Below are positions 56,005-64,000 of a stretch of 64,000 bases of DNA, piece by piece (the first letter of the stretch is position 1; each line of letters opens with the position of its first letter). The stretch covers positions 960,001 to 1,024,000 of the forward strand of contig OZ220089.1 of assembly GCA_964291625.2 (NCBI GenBank), written 5' to 3'. This DNA comes from Candidatus Latescibacterota bacterium. Lineage in GTDB: Bacteria; Latescibacterota; UBA2968; UBA8231. The notes beneath the pieces are model-generated. The model was given only the letters and a program-made list of their open reading frames with translations. It did no database searches and was not told the DNA's origin. Made by a program: the position numbers and the translations under genes.

Positions 56005-59000
56005 CTACCAGTCGAAGGTGGCGCGCAGGCGGATCTCGTGGGAGGACCCCGCGGCAGCCAGCGCGCGCCGGGCGCCCGCCACTTCGACCTTCAGGTTCGA
56101 CTCGACCCCCTGCAGCCGCCAGCCCAGGCGGCACGTGCCCCGGCCGTCGCCGGAGAGCCCCACGCCCGCGTACGGCGTGAGCCGGCCGCCGAGCGCCTCC
56201 AGGCCGTATCCTACCTCGGCGTGGAGACCGCCGCCGAGGGGCGCCTCGATGGAGGCCGGCGCCGCGCCCGGGACCTGCTGACCCCAGAGACGGTCCAGGC
56301 CGCTCGAGGCCGCGCCCCAGAAGGACCGCAGGTCCAGCCACACCCCCTCCTGGAGCACACCGGGGTCGAAGGTGAAGGAACCGGCCACGCCCCACTCCTC
56401 GTAGCCGTCGTCCCGGTGCGCCAGCAGCCGGCGGGCGGTGGTCTCCATGGACAGGCCGCGGTCCGGATCGGTGTAGCCCAGTCCGCCGCCGATCTCCATG
56501 CCCATGCCCGTCTCGGCGTCGCCGCCGTCGCGGCGCAGGCCCAGGTCCAGGGTCGGCGACAACCCCCGGCCTTCGCTCAGGGCGAAGTGGCGGGACCCCT
56601 CCAGGGCGAGTCTCACCCGGCTGACATCGGCCTCCACCTCCGGCCGTTCCCGCGTCTCCGGGGCGTCCATCCTCACCCAGAAGGCGTCGGACCTCACGGC
56701 CAGGTCGAAGGTCCGCAGCCGCCCGGGAGTCCCCAGGGCGCCGCGCACACCGATGCCGCCCATGCGCATGGCAATCCCTCGGGAGGCGCGCCCCGTGCTC
56801 TTCCCCATGAGACCCCGGCCGTAGCCCAGGACGCCCCAGGCCGACAGCCGCTCGGTCAGGGCGTACTGGACGTACGGATGCATGCTGGCCAGGTGGTTGT
56901 CCAGGTCGTCGCGGCGGACCGATTCGTCGGCGCTGCGAATGTCGTAGTCGCCCATGACCAGGTTGTGGGCCATCATGAGGCCGGCCAGCATGCGGTTGTG
57001 GTGCCAGTCGATGCCGATCACACTGGTGATGGCGCCGCCCTTGAGCCACAACTCCGGGGAGTTGTGCTCGAAGTTGGTCGTCACCCCGCGGCCCCAGGCG
57101 GTCCACCGGGCCTCTCCCTCCGTGTCCTCCCCGTCGCCGTCCTCGCCATCGCCGCCCGAGGAGACCAGGAAGGAACTCCGCGACAGGAGCTCGATGAGAG
57201 AGCCGCGCCTCGGGCCGTGGACGGGAGACAGGCCCCCGGCGAAGGAGAGATCGCGGCTCCGGGGACCGGATCCGCCCATCCATGCGTACGAGTCCCGGCC
57301 CCGAGCGGCGGCTCCGGGCCCGCCGAAGGAGAGCCGCGCCCCGCCCAGGGTGAGGTAGTCGCCCTGGCGCGTCCGGGCCCTCAGACGGCTGGCGAGAGCG
57401 TCCATCACCTGGGTCGCCGTGGTCCGCCCGAACCGGGCCAGCCAGGCCTTCTCCAGGGAGAGGTCGTCGTCGATGATGGTGCCCTCCGCGGCGCCGTCGG
57501 CCACGTCCGCGTTCACCGCCCTGCTCAGCGACACGACGAGAGTCTCCTCGGTCTCGTCGAGGGCGTCGTTGAAGACCGCCACCTCGATGGTGCTTTGCGT
57601 CCCACCCGGGGGAATGATCAGGGTGCCGGAAGACGCCGTGTAGTCCTTCCCGGCGGCGGCCGTGCCGTCGGACGTGGCCCAGTCCACCCTCACCTCGAGG
57701 CCGCTCACCGCCCCCAGGGAGACGGCGAAGGAGAGGGCCCCGTCACCTTCGGGAGCCGCGGCATCGGCGATCGTCAGGGCCGGGGCCGCGTCGTCGTCGG
57801 TGATCGTGCCCGTGGCCAGGCCGTCGGCCAGGGTCGCGTTGACCGGGGCACTCAGGGAGAGGGTGAAGCTCTCCCGGCCTTCGTGGAGGGCGTCGTCGAC
57901 AAGAGGCACGGCGAAGCTCTTGGCCGTCTCGAGGGGAGCGAATTGCAGGGCGCCCCCCCGCTGCTCGTAGTCGGCTCCCTCGATGGCCGTTCCGTCGGCC
58001 GTCGTCCACCCCACCCCCACCTCGAGGCTGCTGGGCACGTCGAGGGTGACGGTGAAGGAGATGGAGTCGGCCTCCTCCGAGGCGACCGCGTCGGCGATCG
58101 TCAGGGCGGGACGGTCGTCCTCGGTTACCGAAACCCTCACGCCGGCCGCGGAGACGAGGTCGTAGTCGCCGCCGCTGACGGCATGAGTCAGGGTCACGGG
58201 CGGATCGACCACGGCGTCGTCGTCCTCGGCGGCGGTGACCGTCACCCGCTGCGACTGGCGCCAGGTGGCGGCCGTGAAGGTCAGCTCCGTGGGCGACGCC
58301 GAGACCTCGGCGCCCGCCGGCGCCCTCACCGCGACGGTGACCGTGTCCGACGGCTCGGTCTCCAGCGCCACCCTGTAGCTGCCTCTCTCGCCCTCGGCCA
58401 GGGTCAGCGCTTCCACGGAGACGCGGACCCCGGGCGTGTCGTCCTCGGTGACCGACACCGTCACGCCGGGGACCGCGACTTTCCCGTAGTCGCCGCCGCT
58501 GGCCGAGTGCCCGACCTGCACCGGGGGATCGGTCACGGCGTCGTCGTCCTGGGAGGCCCTCACGGTCACCTCCTTCGGCTGGCTCCAGTCGGCGGCCGTG
58601 AAGGTCAGCGTCCTCGGCGACACGGAGAGGTCCGTCTCCCCCGGGAGCTCCACGGCCACCTGGACCATGCCCGACGGCTCGGTCTCCAGCACCACCTCGT
58701 AGCCGGCCGTCCCGCCCTCCGCCACGCTCAGGGAAGCGACCGAGACCGTCACGCCCGGAGCGTCGTCCTCGGTGACCGAGACGACGACGGCGGGGGCGGT
58801 GACGCCGTCGTAGTCGCCGCCGCGGACGGCATGGGCCAGGGTCGCCGCCGCGTCGGCCACGGCGTCGTCGTCCTCGGCGGCGGTCACGGTCACCTCCTGC
58901 GCCTGATCCCAGTTGGCGGAAGTGAAGGTCATCTCTGCAGGCGACGCGAAGAGGTCGGTCCCCGCCGGGACCGCCACCGCCACGGTGACGGGGCCCACGG

Positions 59001-62000
59001 GCTCGGTCTCCAAGGCGACGGTGTAACTCACGGACTCGCCCTCCGCCACCGTCAGCTCCGCGGCCGAGACCACCACACCCTGCACGTCGTCCTCGGTGAT
59101 CGACACCTCGACGGAAGGAGCGGCCACGCCGTCGTAGTCGCCGCCGCTGACGGCATGGGTCAGGGTCACCGCGTCGGCCGCGGCGTCGTCATCGTGGGCC
59201 GCGGTTGCGGTGACGGTCTGCGCCTGATTCCAGTTCGCCGCCGTATAGGTCAGGGAGCCCGGGGAGAGGTCGACGTCTCCGTCCTCCGGGGCCCCCACCG
59301 TCACGGTGACCTCGCCGGCCGGTTCCGTCCGAAGGACGACGGCATAGCTGCCCGAGGCGCCCTCCGCCAGGGTCAGAGTCTCCACCGAGACCGTCACGCC
59401 GGGGGTGTCGTCCTCGGTGATCGACACCTCGACATCCGGCGCCGACAGGCCGTCGTAGTCGCCGCCGCTGACCGCGTGCGACAGGGTCGCCGCAGCTTCC
59501 GCCACTGCATCGGCATCCTGGGCCGCGGTCACGGTCACGGTCTGCGCCTCGTCCCAGTGGTCCACGGTGAAGGTGAGCTCACTCTCGTCCACCGAGACTT
59601 CCGATCCGTCCGGCACCTCCACCGTCACCGTCACTGCCGCCGACGGCTCCGAGGTGAGGGCCACGGTGTAGGTTCCGCTCTGGCCTTCCACCACCCTCAA
59701 CGCCGACGGCGTCACCTCGACGCCGCGCTCGTCGTCGTCGCTCACCCTCACCGCGGCCTTCGCCGCAGTCCCGATCCGGTGCGTCGCCGCTTCGGCGATC
59801 TCCGCCGACACCCAACCATCGGGCTCGTCCACCTCGTCATCCGCCGTCGCCACCGCCAGGGCCACCCTCTCCTCGCCCGCGGCAAAGGCCGCCTCGGCCG
59901 GCGCCTCTCCCGAAAGGAAGTCACCCTCCTGCTCCACTTGCACCGCCACCCGCAGAGGCACGTTCAGATCGCCCGCGCGCGTCAGTGTGAAGGGGGCCGC
60001 CGCCCCTTCCGCCACCCTCTCCGCCTCGGCTTCGATGTTCACAACGGGCAGGTCGTCGTCGACGATCACACCCGTCGCCTGACCGGTGCCGAGTATGCCC
60101 GCCCTCGACGCCTCCCTCAGGACGACGGTGAAGCTCTCCTCCGCTTCGTCGACCTCGTCGTCCAGGATCGTCACCTGGAAGGACTGCTCCGTGGTCCCGG
60201 AGGGAAACGTCAGGGTCCCGGTGGTCCCCTCGTAGTCGGCGCCCTCGGCAGCCGTACCCGGCGAGGTGGCATAAGCCACGGTCACGTCGAAGCTGCTGGC
60301 CACGCTCAGCTCCACCGCGAAGTCCATGGCGCCGTCGCTTTCGTCGGCCGCACCGTCGGCGATCGACAACAGGGGCATGTCCCTCTCGGCGATGGAGACC
60401 TCGACGGTGGAGACGGATACGCCGACGTAGTCGCCGCCGGTCACAGCATGCGTCAGGACCACGGGCTGGTCGACCACGGCGTCCTCATCGGCCGCGGCCG
60501 TCACCGTCACCGTCTGCGGCTGCCGCCAGCTCTCCGGACCGAAGGTCAGCTCGGTGACGTCCACGGAAACCTCCGCCCCGTCGGGTACCTGCACGGTGAC
60601 GGTGACCTCCCCCGCCGGCTCGGAGTCGAGGACGATCGTGTAACCCTCCGAGGCACCTTCCGCCACGGTCAGCGCCATGGTCGACAAGGACACACCCTGC
60701 CTGTCGCCCTCGCTGATGGAGACCTCCACATCGTCGACGGAAAGACCGTCGTAGTCGCCGCCGCTGACCGTGTGCTTCAGGGTCACCGGATCGTCGACCA
60801 CGGCGTCCTCGTCCTCGGCCGCGGTGACCGTCACCGTTCGGGGCTCGCTCCAGTTCTCCGGAGTGAAGGTCAACCCGGTGACGTCTACCGAGACCTCGGC
60901 CCCTGCGGGAACCTCCACGGAGACCGTGACCTCGCCGGTCGGTTTCGAGTCGAGCACGACCGTATAGCTGCCGGTGCCGCCTTCGGGCACGGTCATCGCA
61001 TCCACCGAGAAGGAGACCCCGGGCGTGTCGGTCTCCGTGATCGACACCTCGATACCGTCCCCGGAAACCTCCAGGTAGTCGCCGCCGCTGGCCGTATGGG
61101 TCAGGACGACCGGATCGTCCGGTACGGCGTCGTCATCGGCGAGGGCCGTTGCGGTGACCGTCTGCGGCTCCCGCCAGCTCTCCGGCGTGAAGGTCAGTTC
61201 CGTCGGAGAGAGCGTGAGGTCCGAGCCCTCCGGGACCTCGACGACCACAGTCACCTCCCCCGTGGGCTCCGAGTCCATGACCACCGTGTAGGTGCCGGAC
61301 GAGCCTTCGGAGATGATCAACGTCGCCGACGAGACCGAAACGCCGCGGCTATCGTCCTCGGTGATCGACACCTCGAGGCTGGGCGCGGAGAGGCCTTCGT
61401 AGTCGCCGCCGCCGACGGAGAGCGTCAACTCCGCCTCATCGGCCACCGCGTCGTCGTCCTGGGCGGCGGTGACGGTCACGCTCTGCGGCTGGTCCCAGCT
61501 CTCCGGCGTGAAGATCAGCTCCGTCATGTCGGCGGTGACGTCCGCGTCCCCCGGCCACTCCAGGACCACCGTCACGTCCGAGGTCGGCTCGGAGGTCAGC
61601 ACCACCGCGAAGCTGTCGCTCTCCCCTTCCTCGATGGTGAGGGACGCCGGCGTCACCACCAGGCCGCGTTCATCGTCGTCCGTCACGGCTGTGGTGGCCG
61701 CCGCCCCATCGCCTGCGCGGTGGGAGTCACCCGCCGCGAGCGTTGCCGAGACCGAGCCGTCCGGTTCGTCGACGGCGTCGTCCACCGTCGCCAGGGAGAG
61801 CGTCACGGTCGAGTCGTCCGCCGCGAAGGTAGCCGAGGCGGGCGGCTCCTCCGCGAGGAAGTCGCCCGCCTGCGTGACCTCCACCGACACCTCCAGCGGC
61901 CCCGTCAGGTCGCCCGCCCGCGTCAGCGCGAAGGTCACCGTCTCGCCTTCGGCCACCGAGGAGTCGGCCGCCGAGATGCTGACCACGGGAAGGTCGTCGT

Positions 62001-63999
62001 CTTCGATGACTCCCGTCGCTTCACCAACGCCGATGGTCGCGTTGGAGGGGTCGCTCAACGTGACGGTGAAGGTTTCCTCCGCCTCGTCGGCGTCGTCGTC
62101 GATGACGGGCACTTGCAGAGAGAGCTCCGTCGTCCCCGCCGGGAACCGCAGCGTTCCGGTCGTGTCCTCGTAGTCGGCCCCCGCCGCGGCAGTGCCCGCC
62201 GAGGTGGCGAAGTCGACCGTCACCTCGCGGTCGCTGGCGGTGCCAAGGCGGATGATGAACTCGACCGATTCGTCGCCCTCGGAAGCCTCCGAGCGCGCCC
62301 GCAGAAAGGAAATCCCGACCTCGTCGACGGGGATCTCTTCCGGATCCTGGAGCGTTACCGTGGAAGTGGCGGGACCGCTGGCGCCCACGGCGTCGGGCAG
62401 CGTCCCGAAGCCGAGGCCCACCGTCTCGCCGCCGTCGTCTTCTTCGTCGGCGGCTGCCTTCAGGTAGAAGGACTGCTCCCTCTCTCCTGGCGCGAAGGTC
62501 ACGCTTTCCGGGATTCCCGAGTAGTCGGCAGCCTCCGCCCCCATGCCGGGCTCCGCCGTCAGCGGGATCTCCACCGCCTCCTCGGGAGCGGGCGCCAGGC
62601 TCACGGTCACCTGAACGCTGTCGCCCTCGCTCACCTCGTACTCGGCCTGGTCGAAGGAGACGTAGTTGGAAGCGGGCGGCCTGTCGAGGATCTCCACCGT
62701 CGCCCTGAATGGAGCGCCGGGGAGGACGCCCGGCGGCAGTCCCCCAAGACTCAGGAGCACCCGTTCCCCGGCATCGGCGACATCATCCCGTGCAGCCGTG
62801 AACTCGAAGCTCCTCTCGGTCTCGTCGGCGCCGAAGGTGAGGCTCTCGGGGACTCCCGAATAGTCGGCGGAGCCGATGCCCTTCTGATGACGCACCCCCA
62901 GCCCGATCTCGACCTTGCGCTCGGGCGTGGAGTTCAGCCGTACCGCAATGGTCACGCTCTCGCCCTCGGCCACCTTGTAGCCGTCGGCGTCCAGGGAGGC
63001 GTGGACCACCTTCCCGGAGAACCGTGCCGCGGGCTCGCCGCTGTCGCCGCCACTACCAATAAGACTACCACGTACGAATCCACCACCATCACCGCCGCTG
63101 GTGGAGATCGTCACACTCACATCCGAGGCAGATACGTTGTTGTAGTCGCCGCCGCCGACCGCATGCCGCAACACCACCGGGCCCACCGCCGCTTCCTCGT
63201 CCGCGGTCACCGTCACTCTCTGCGCCGTCTGCCAGTCATCGGTGGTGAAGGTCAGAGGTGTCGTCGGGTCCACCGACAGATCCGTACCCGAATGCCCGGA
63301 TATGGTCACCGTTACCGAAGACGTGGGCTCGGAGGTCAGCACGACCGTATAGGTACCCGTTGCGCCCGGCCTCACGGTGAGGGCGGTCCGACTCATCCTC
63401 ACGCCGCGGGTGTCGTCGTCGACGATCGTTCCGGTGACGGCGAGGCTTGACCCGCCCCCGACCAGCAGCACGCCCTGCGGATCGGGGTTGCTCAGGGTCA
63501 GCGTGAAGGTCTCGTCCTCCTCGTCCACCCTGTCGCCGCTGATCGGCACGCGGATCGTCTGCGAGGTCCTGCTGTTGGCCGGGAAGGTCAGGGTCCCGCT
63601 CTGCCCGGTGTAGTCGTCCGCCGAAGCCGTACCGTTTGACGTGGCGTAGGCCACCGTCACCTCGTTTGCGTTCGACTTGCTGATGGTCACGGTGAAGACC
63701 ATGTCGCCCACGCTCTCGGAGGCGCGCACGTCACTCACGGAAAGGGTCGTGGCGTCATCCTCGATGACGGTCACTGTCACGCTTCCCGCCGACTCGCCGG
63801 CGTAGTCGCCTCCGCCGACGGCGTTGGTCAGCGTCACCGGGGGATCGGCGGTCAGATCGGTATCCTCCGCCGCCCTCACCCGCACCGTCTGCCGCCGGCT
63901 CCAGCTGTCGGGCCTGAAGGTCAGCACCTTGCCCGCGGGGGACTCCACCGCCACGTCCCCCGACTCCCCGCCCACCGTCACCGTCACGTCCTCCGTCGG
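56005..63999 (-). CDS. Giant surface protein, 5' end beyond the window edge: Calx-beta and Ig-like repeats plus a C-terminal autotransporter-like beta-barrel
   Basis: More than 2660 aa, and the frame stays open to the window end. Calx-beta motifs (DGTA..GADY...SGTL.F, I.DD..DE..ETF) and many ~100-aa repeats (YTV.L..EP...VTV, LTFT..NW...QTVTVTA..D.DA, GGDY). Then WLARFGRT and a barrel ending in ATFDW. Confidence 0.88.
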   Translation of the reverse strand, partial: PTEDVTVTVGGESGDVAVESPAGKVLTFRPDSWSRRQTVRVRAAEDTDLTADPPVTLTNAVGGGDYAGESAGSVTVTVIEDDATTLSVSDVRASESVGDMVFTVTISKSNANEVTVAYATSNGTASADDYTGQSGTLTFPANSRTSQTIRVPISGDRVDEEDETFTLTLSNPDPQGVLLVGGGSSLAVTGTIVDDDTRGVRMSRTALTVRPGATGTYTVVLTSEPTSSVTVTISGHSGTDLSVDPTTPLTFTTDDWQTAQRVTVTADEEAAVGPVVLRHAVGGGDYNNVSASDVSVTISTSGGDGGGFVRGSLIGSGGDSGEPAARFSGKVVHASLDADGYKVAEGESVTIAVRLNSTPERKVEIGLGVRHQKGIGSADYSGVPESLTFGADETERSFEFTAARDDVADAGERVLLSLGGLPPGVLPGAPFRATVEILDRPPASNYVSFDQAEYEVSEGDSVQVTVSLAPAPEEAVEIPLTAEPGMGAEAADYSGIPESVTFAPGEREQSFYLKAAADEEDDGGETVGLGFGTLPDAVGASGPATSTVTLQDPEEIPVDEVGISFLRARSEASEGDESVEFIIRLGTASDREVTVDFATSAGTAAAGADYEDTTGTLRFPAGTTELSLQVPVIDDDADEAEETFTVTLSDPSNATIGVGEATGVIEDDDLPVVSISAADSSVAEGETVTFALTRAGDLTGPLEVSVEVTQAGDFLAEEPPASATFAADDSTVTLSLATVDDAVDEPDGSVSATLAAGDSHRAGDGAAATTAVTDDDERGLVVTPASLTIEEGESDSFAVVLTSEPTSDVTVVLEWPGDADVTADMTELIFTPESWDQPQSVTVTAAQDDDAVADEAELTLSVGGGDYEGLSAPSLEVSITEDDSRGVSVSSATLIISEGSSGTYTVVMDSEPTGEVTVVVEVPEGSDLTLSPTELTFTPESWREPQTVTATALADDDAVPDDPVVLTHTASGGDYLEVSGDGIEVSITETDTPGVSFSVDAMTVPEGGTGSYTVVLDSKPTGEVTVSVEVPAGAEVSVDVTGLTFTPENWSEPRTVTVTAAEDEDAVVDDPVTLKHTVSGGDYDGLSVDDVEVSISEGDRQGVSLSTMALTVAEGASEGYTIVLDSEPAGEVTVTVQVPDGAEVSVDVTELTFGPESWRQPQTVTVTAAADEDAVVDQPVVLTHAVTGGDYVGVSVSTVEVSIAERDMPLLSIADGAADESDGAMDFAVELSVASSFDVTVAYATSPGTAAEGADYEGTTGTLTFPSGTTEQSFQVTILDDEVDEAEESFTVVLREASRAGILGTGQATGVIVDDDLPVVNIEAEAERVAEGAAAPFTLTRAGDLNVPLRVAVQVEQEGDFLSGEAPAEAAFAAGEERVALAVATADDEVDEPDGWVSAEIAEAATHRIGTAAKAAVRVSDDDERGVEVTPSALRVVEGQSGTYTVALTSEPSAAVTVTVEVPDGSEVSVDESELTFTVDHWDEAQTVTVTAAQDADAVAEAAATLSHAVSGGDYDGLSAPDVEVSITEDDTPGVTVSVETLTLAEGASGSYAVVLRTEPAGEVTVTVGAPEDGDVDLSPGSLTYTAANWNQAQTVTATAAHDDDAAADAVTLTHAVSGGDYDGVAAPSVEVSITEDDVQGVVVSAAELTVAEGESVSYTVALETEPVGPVTVAVAVPAGTDLFASPAEMTFTSANWDQAQEVTVTAAEDDDAVADAAATLAHAVRGGDYDGVTAPAVVVSVTEDDAPGVTVSVASLSVAEGGTAGYEVVLETEPSGMVQVAVELPGETDLSVSPRTLTFTAADWSQPKEVTVRASQDDDAVTDPPVQVGHSASGGDYGKVAVPGVTVSVTEDDTPGVRVSVEALTLAEGERGSYRVALETEPSDTVTVAVRAPAGAEVSASPTELTFTAATWRQSQRVTVTAAEDDDAVVDPPVTLTHAVSGGDYDLVSAAGVRVSVTEDDRPALTIADAVASEEADSISFTVTLDVPSSLEVGVGWTTADGTAIEGADYEQRGGALQFAPLETAKSFAVPLVDDALHEGRESFTLSLSAPVNATLADGLATGTITDDDAAPALTIADAAAPEGDGALSFAVSLGAVSGLEVRVDWATSDGTAAAGKDYTASSGTLIIPPGGTQSTIEVAVFNDALDETEETLVVSLSRAVNADVADGAAEGTIIDDDLSLEKAWLARFGRTTATQVMDALASRLRARTRQGDYLTLGGARLSFGGPGAAARGRDSYAWMGGSGPRSRDLSFAGGLSPVHGPRRGSLIELLSRSSFLVSSGGDGEDGDGEDTEGEARWTAWGRGVTTNFEHNSPELWLKGGAITSVIGIDWHHNRMLAGLMMAHNLVMGDYDIRSADESVRRDDLDNHLASMHPYVQYALTERLSAWGVLGYGRGLMGKSTGRASRGIAMRMGGIGVRGALGTPGRLRTFDLAVRSDAFWVRMDAPETRERPEVEADVSRVRLALEGSRHFALSEGRGLSPTLDLGLRRDGGDAETGMGMEIGGGLGYTDPDRGLSMETTARRLLAHRDDGYEEWGVAGSFTFDPGVLQEGVWLDLRSFWGAASSGLDRLWGQQVPGAAPASIEAPLGGGLHAEVGYGLEALGGRLTPYAGVGLSGDGRGTCRLGWRLQGVESNLKVEVAGARRALAAAGSSHEIRLRATFDW

Positions 64000-64000
64000 C

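Noticed and set aside
56038-63450. 2470-aa plus-strand ORF
   Set aside because: Antisense shadow of the Calx-beta gene.

Overview
GC-rich bacterial chromosomal window. The secreted CARDB/YWTD/dockerin and Calx-beta proteins, the sulfatase and the M19/M81 peptidases suggest a Latescibacterota/Gemmatimonadota-like, possibly sponge-associated organism (inference). The centrepiece is a complete type I-G (I-U) CRISPR-Cas locus at 13268-29319: cas7(csb1), csb2, cas3, cas8g, an AAA-ATPase, cas4/1, cas2, a leader, and an array of 70 repeats (37 bp) with 69 spacers. The most unusual feature is in csb2, the Cas5/Cas6-like Cascade subunit. It carries an in-frame insertion of about 261 codons encoding an apparently intact phosphoribosyltransferase (PRTase) domain with a VDDFVGQGGT motif, resembling plasmid TraN-type/polyvalent-protein PRTases. 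An overprinted 72-aa ORF ends at the insert's right edge. This could be a Cascade-tethered enzymatic effector. The operon also holds a nuclease-less AAA-ATPase, lies directly after a broken aspartyl-protease gene, and its array ends in a permuted repeat and a fold-back anti-repeat. Flanking content: a WYL regulator with palindromic operators; an uncharacterised M28/FtsX + DUF6785-like + OPT-like membrane operon; tmRNA followed by a HEPN/MNT pair and gene relics; catabolic genes; a TonB receptor; a Doc toxin-antitoxin pair; two POTRA-less Omp85 paralogues; and a partial giant Calx-beta autotransporter-like gene. All family calls come from motif recognition, not database searches.
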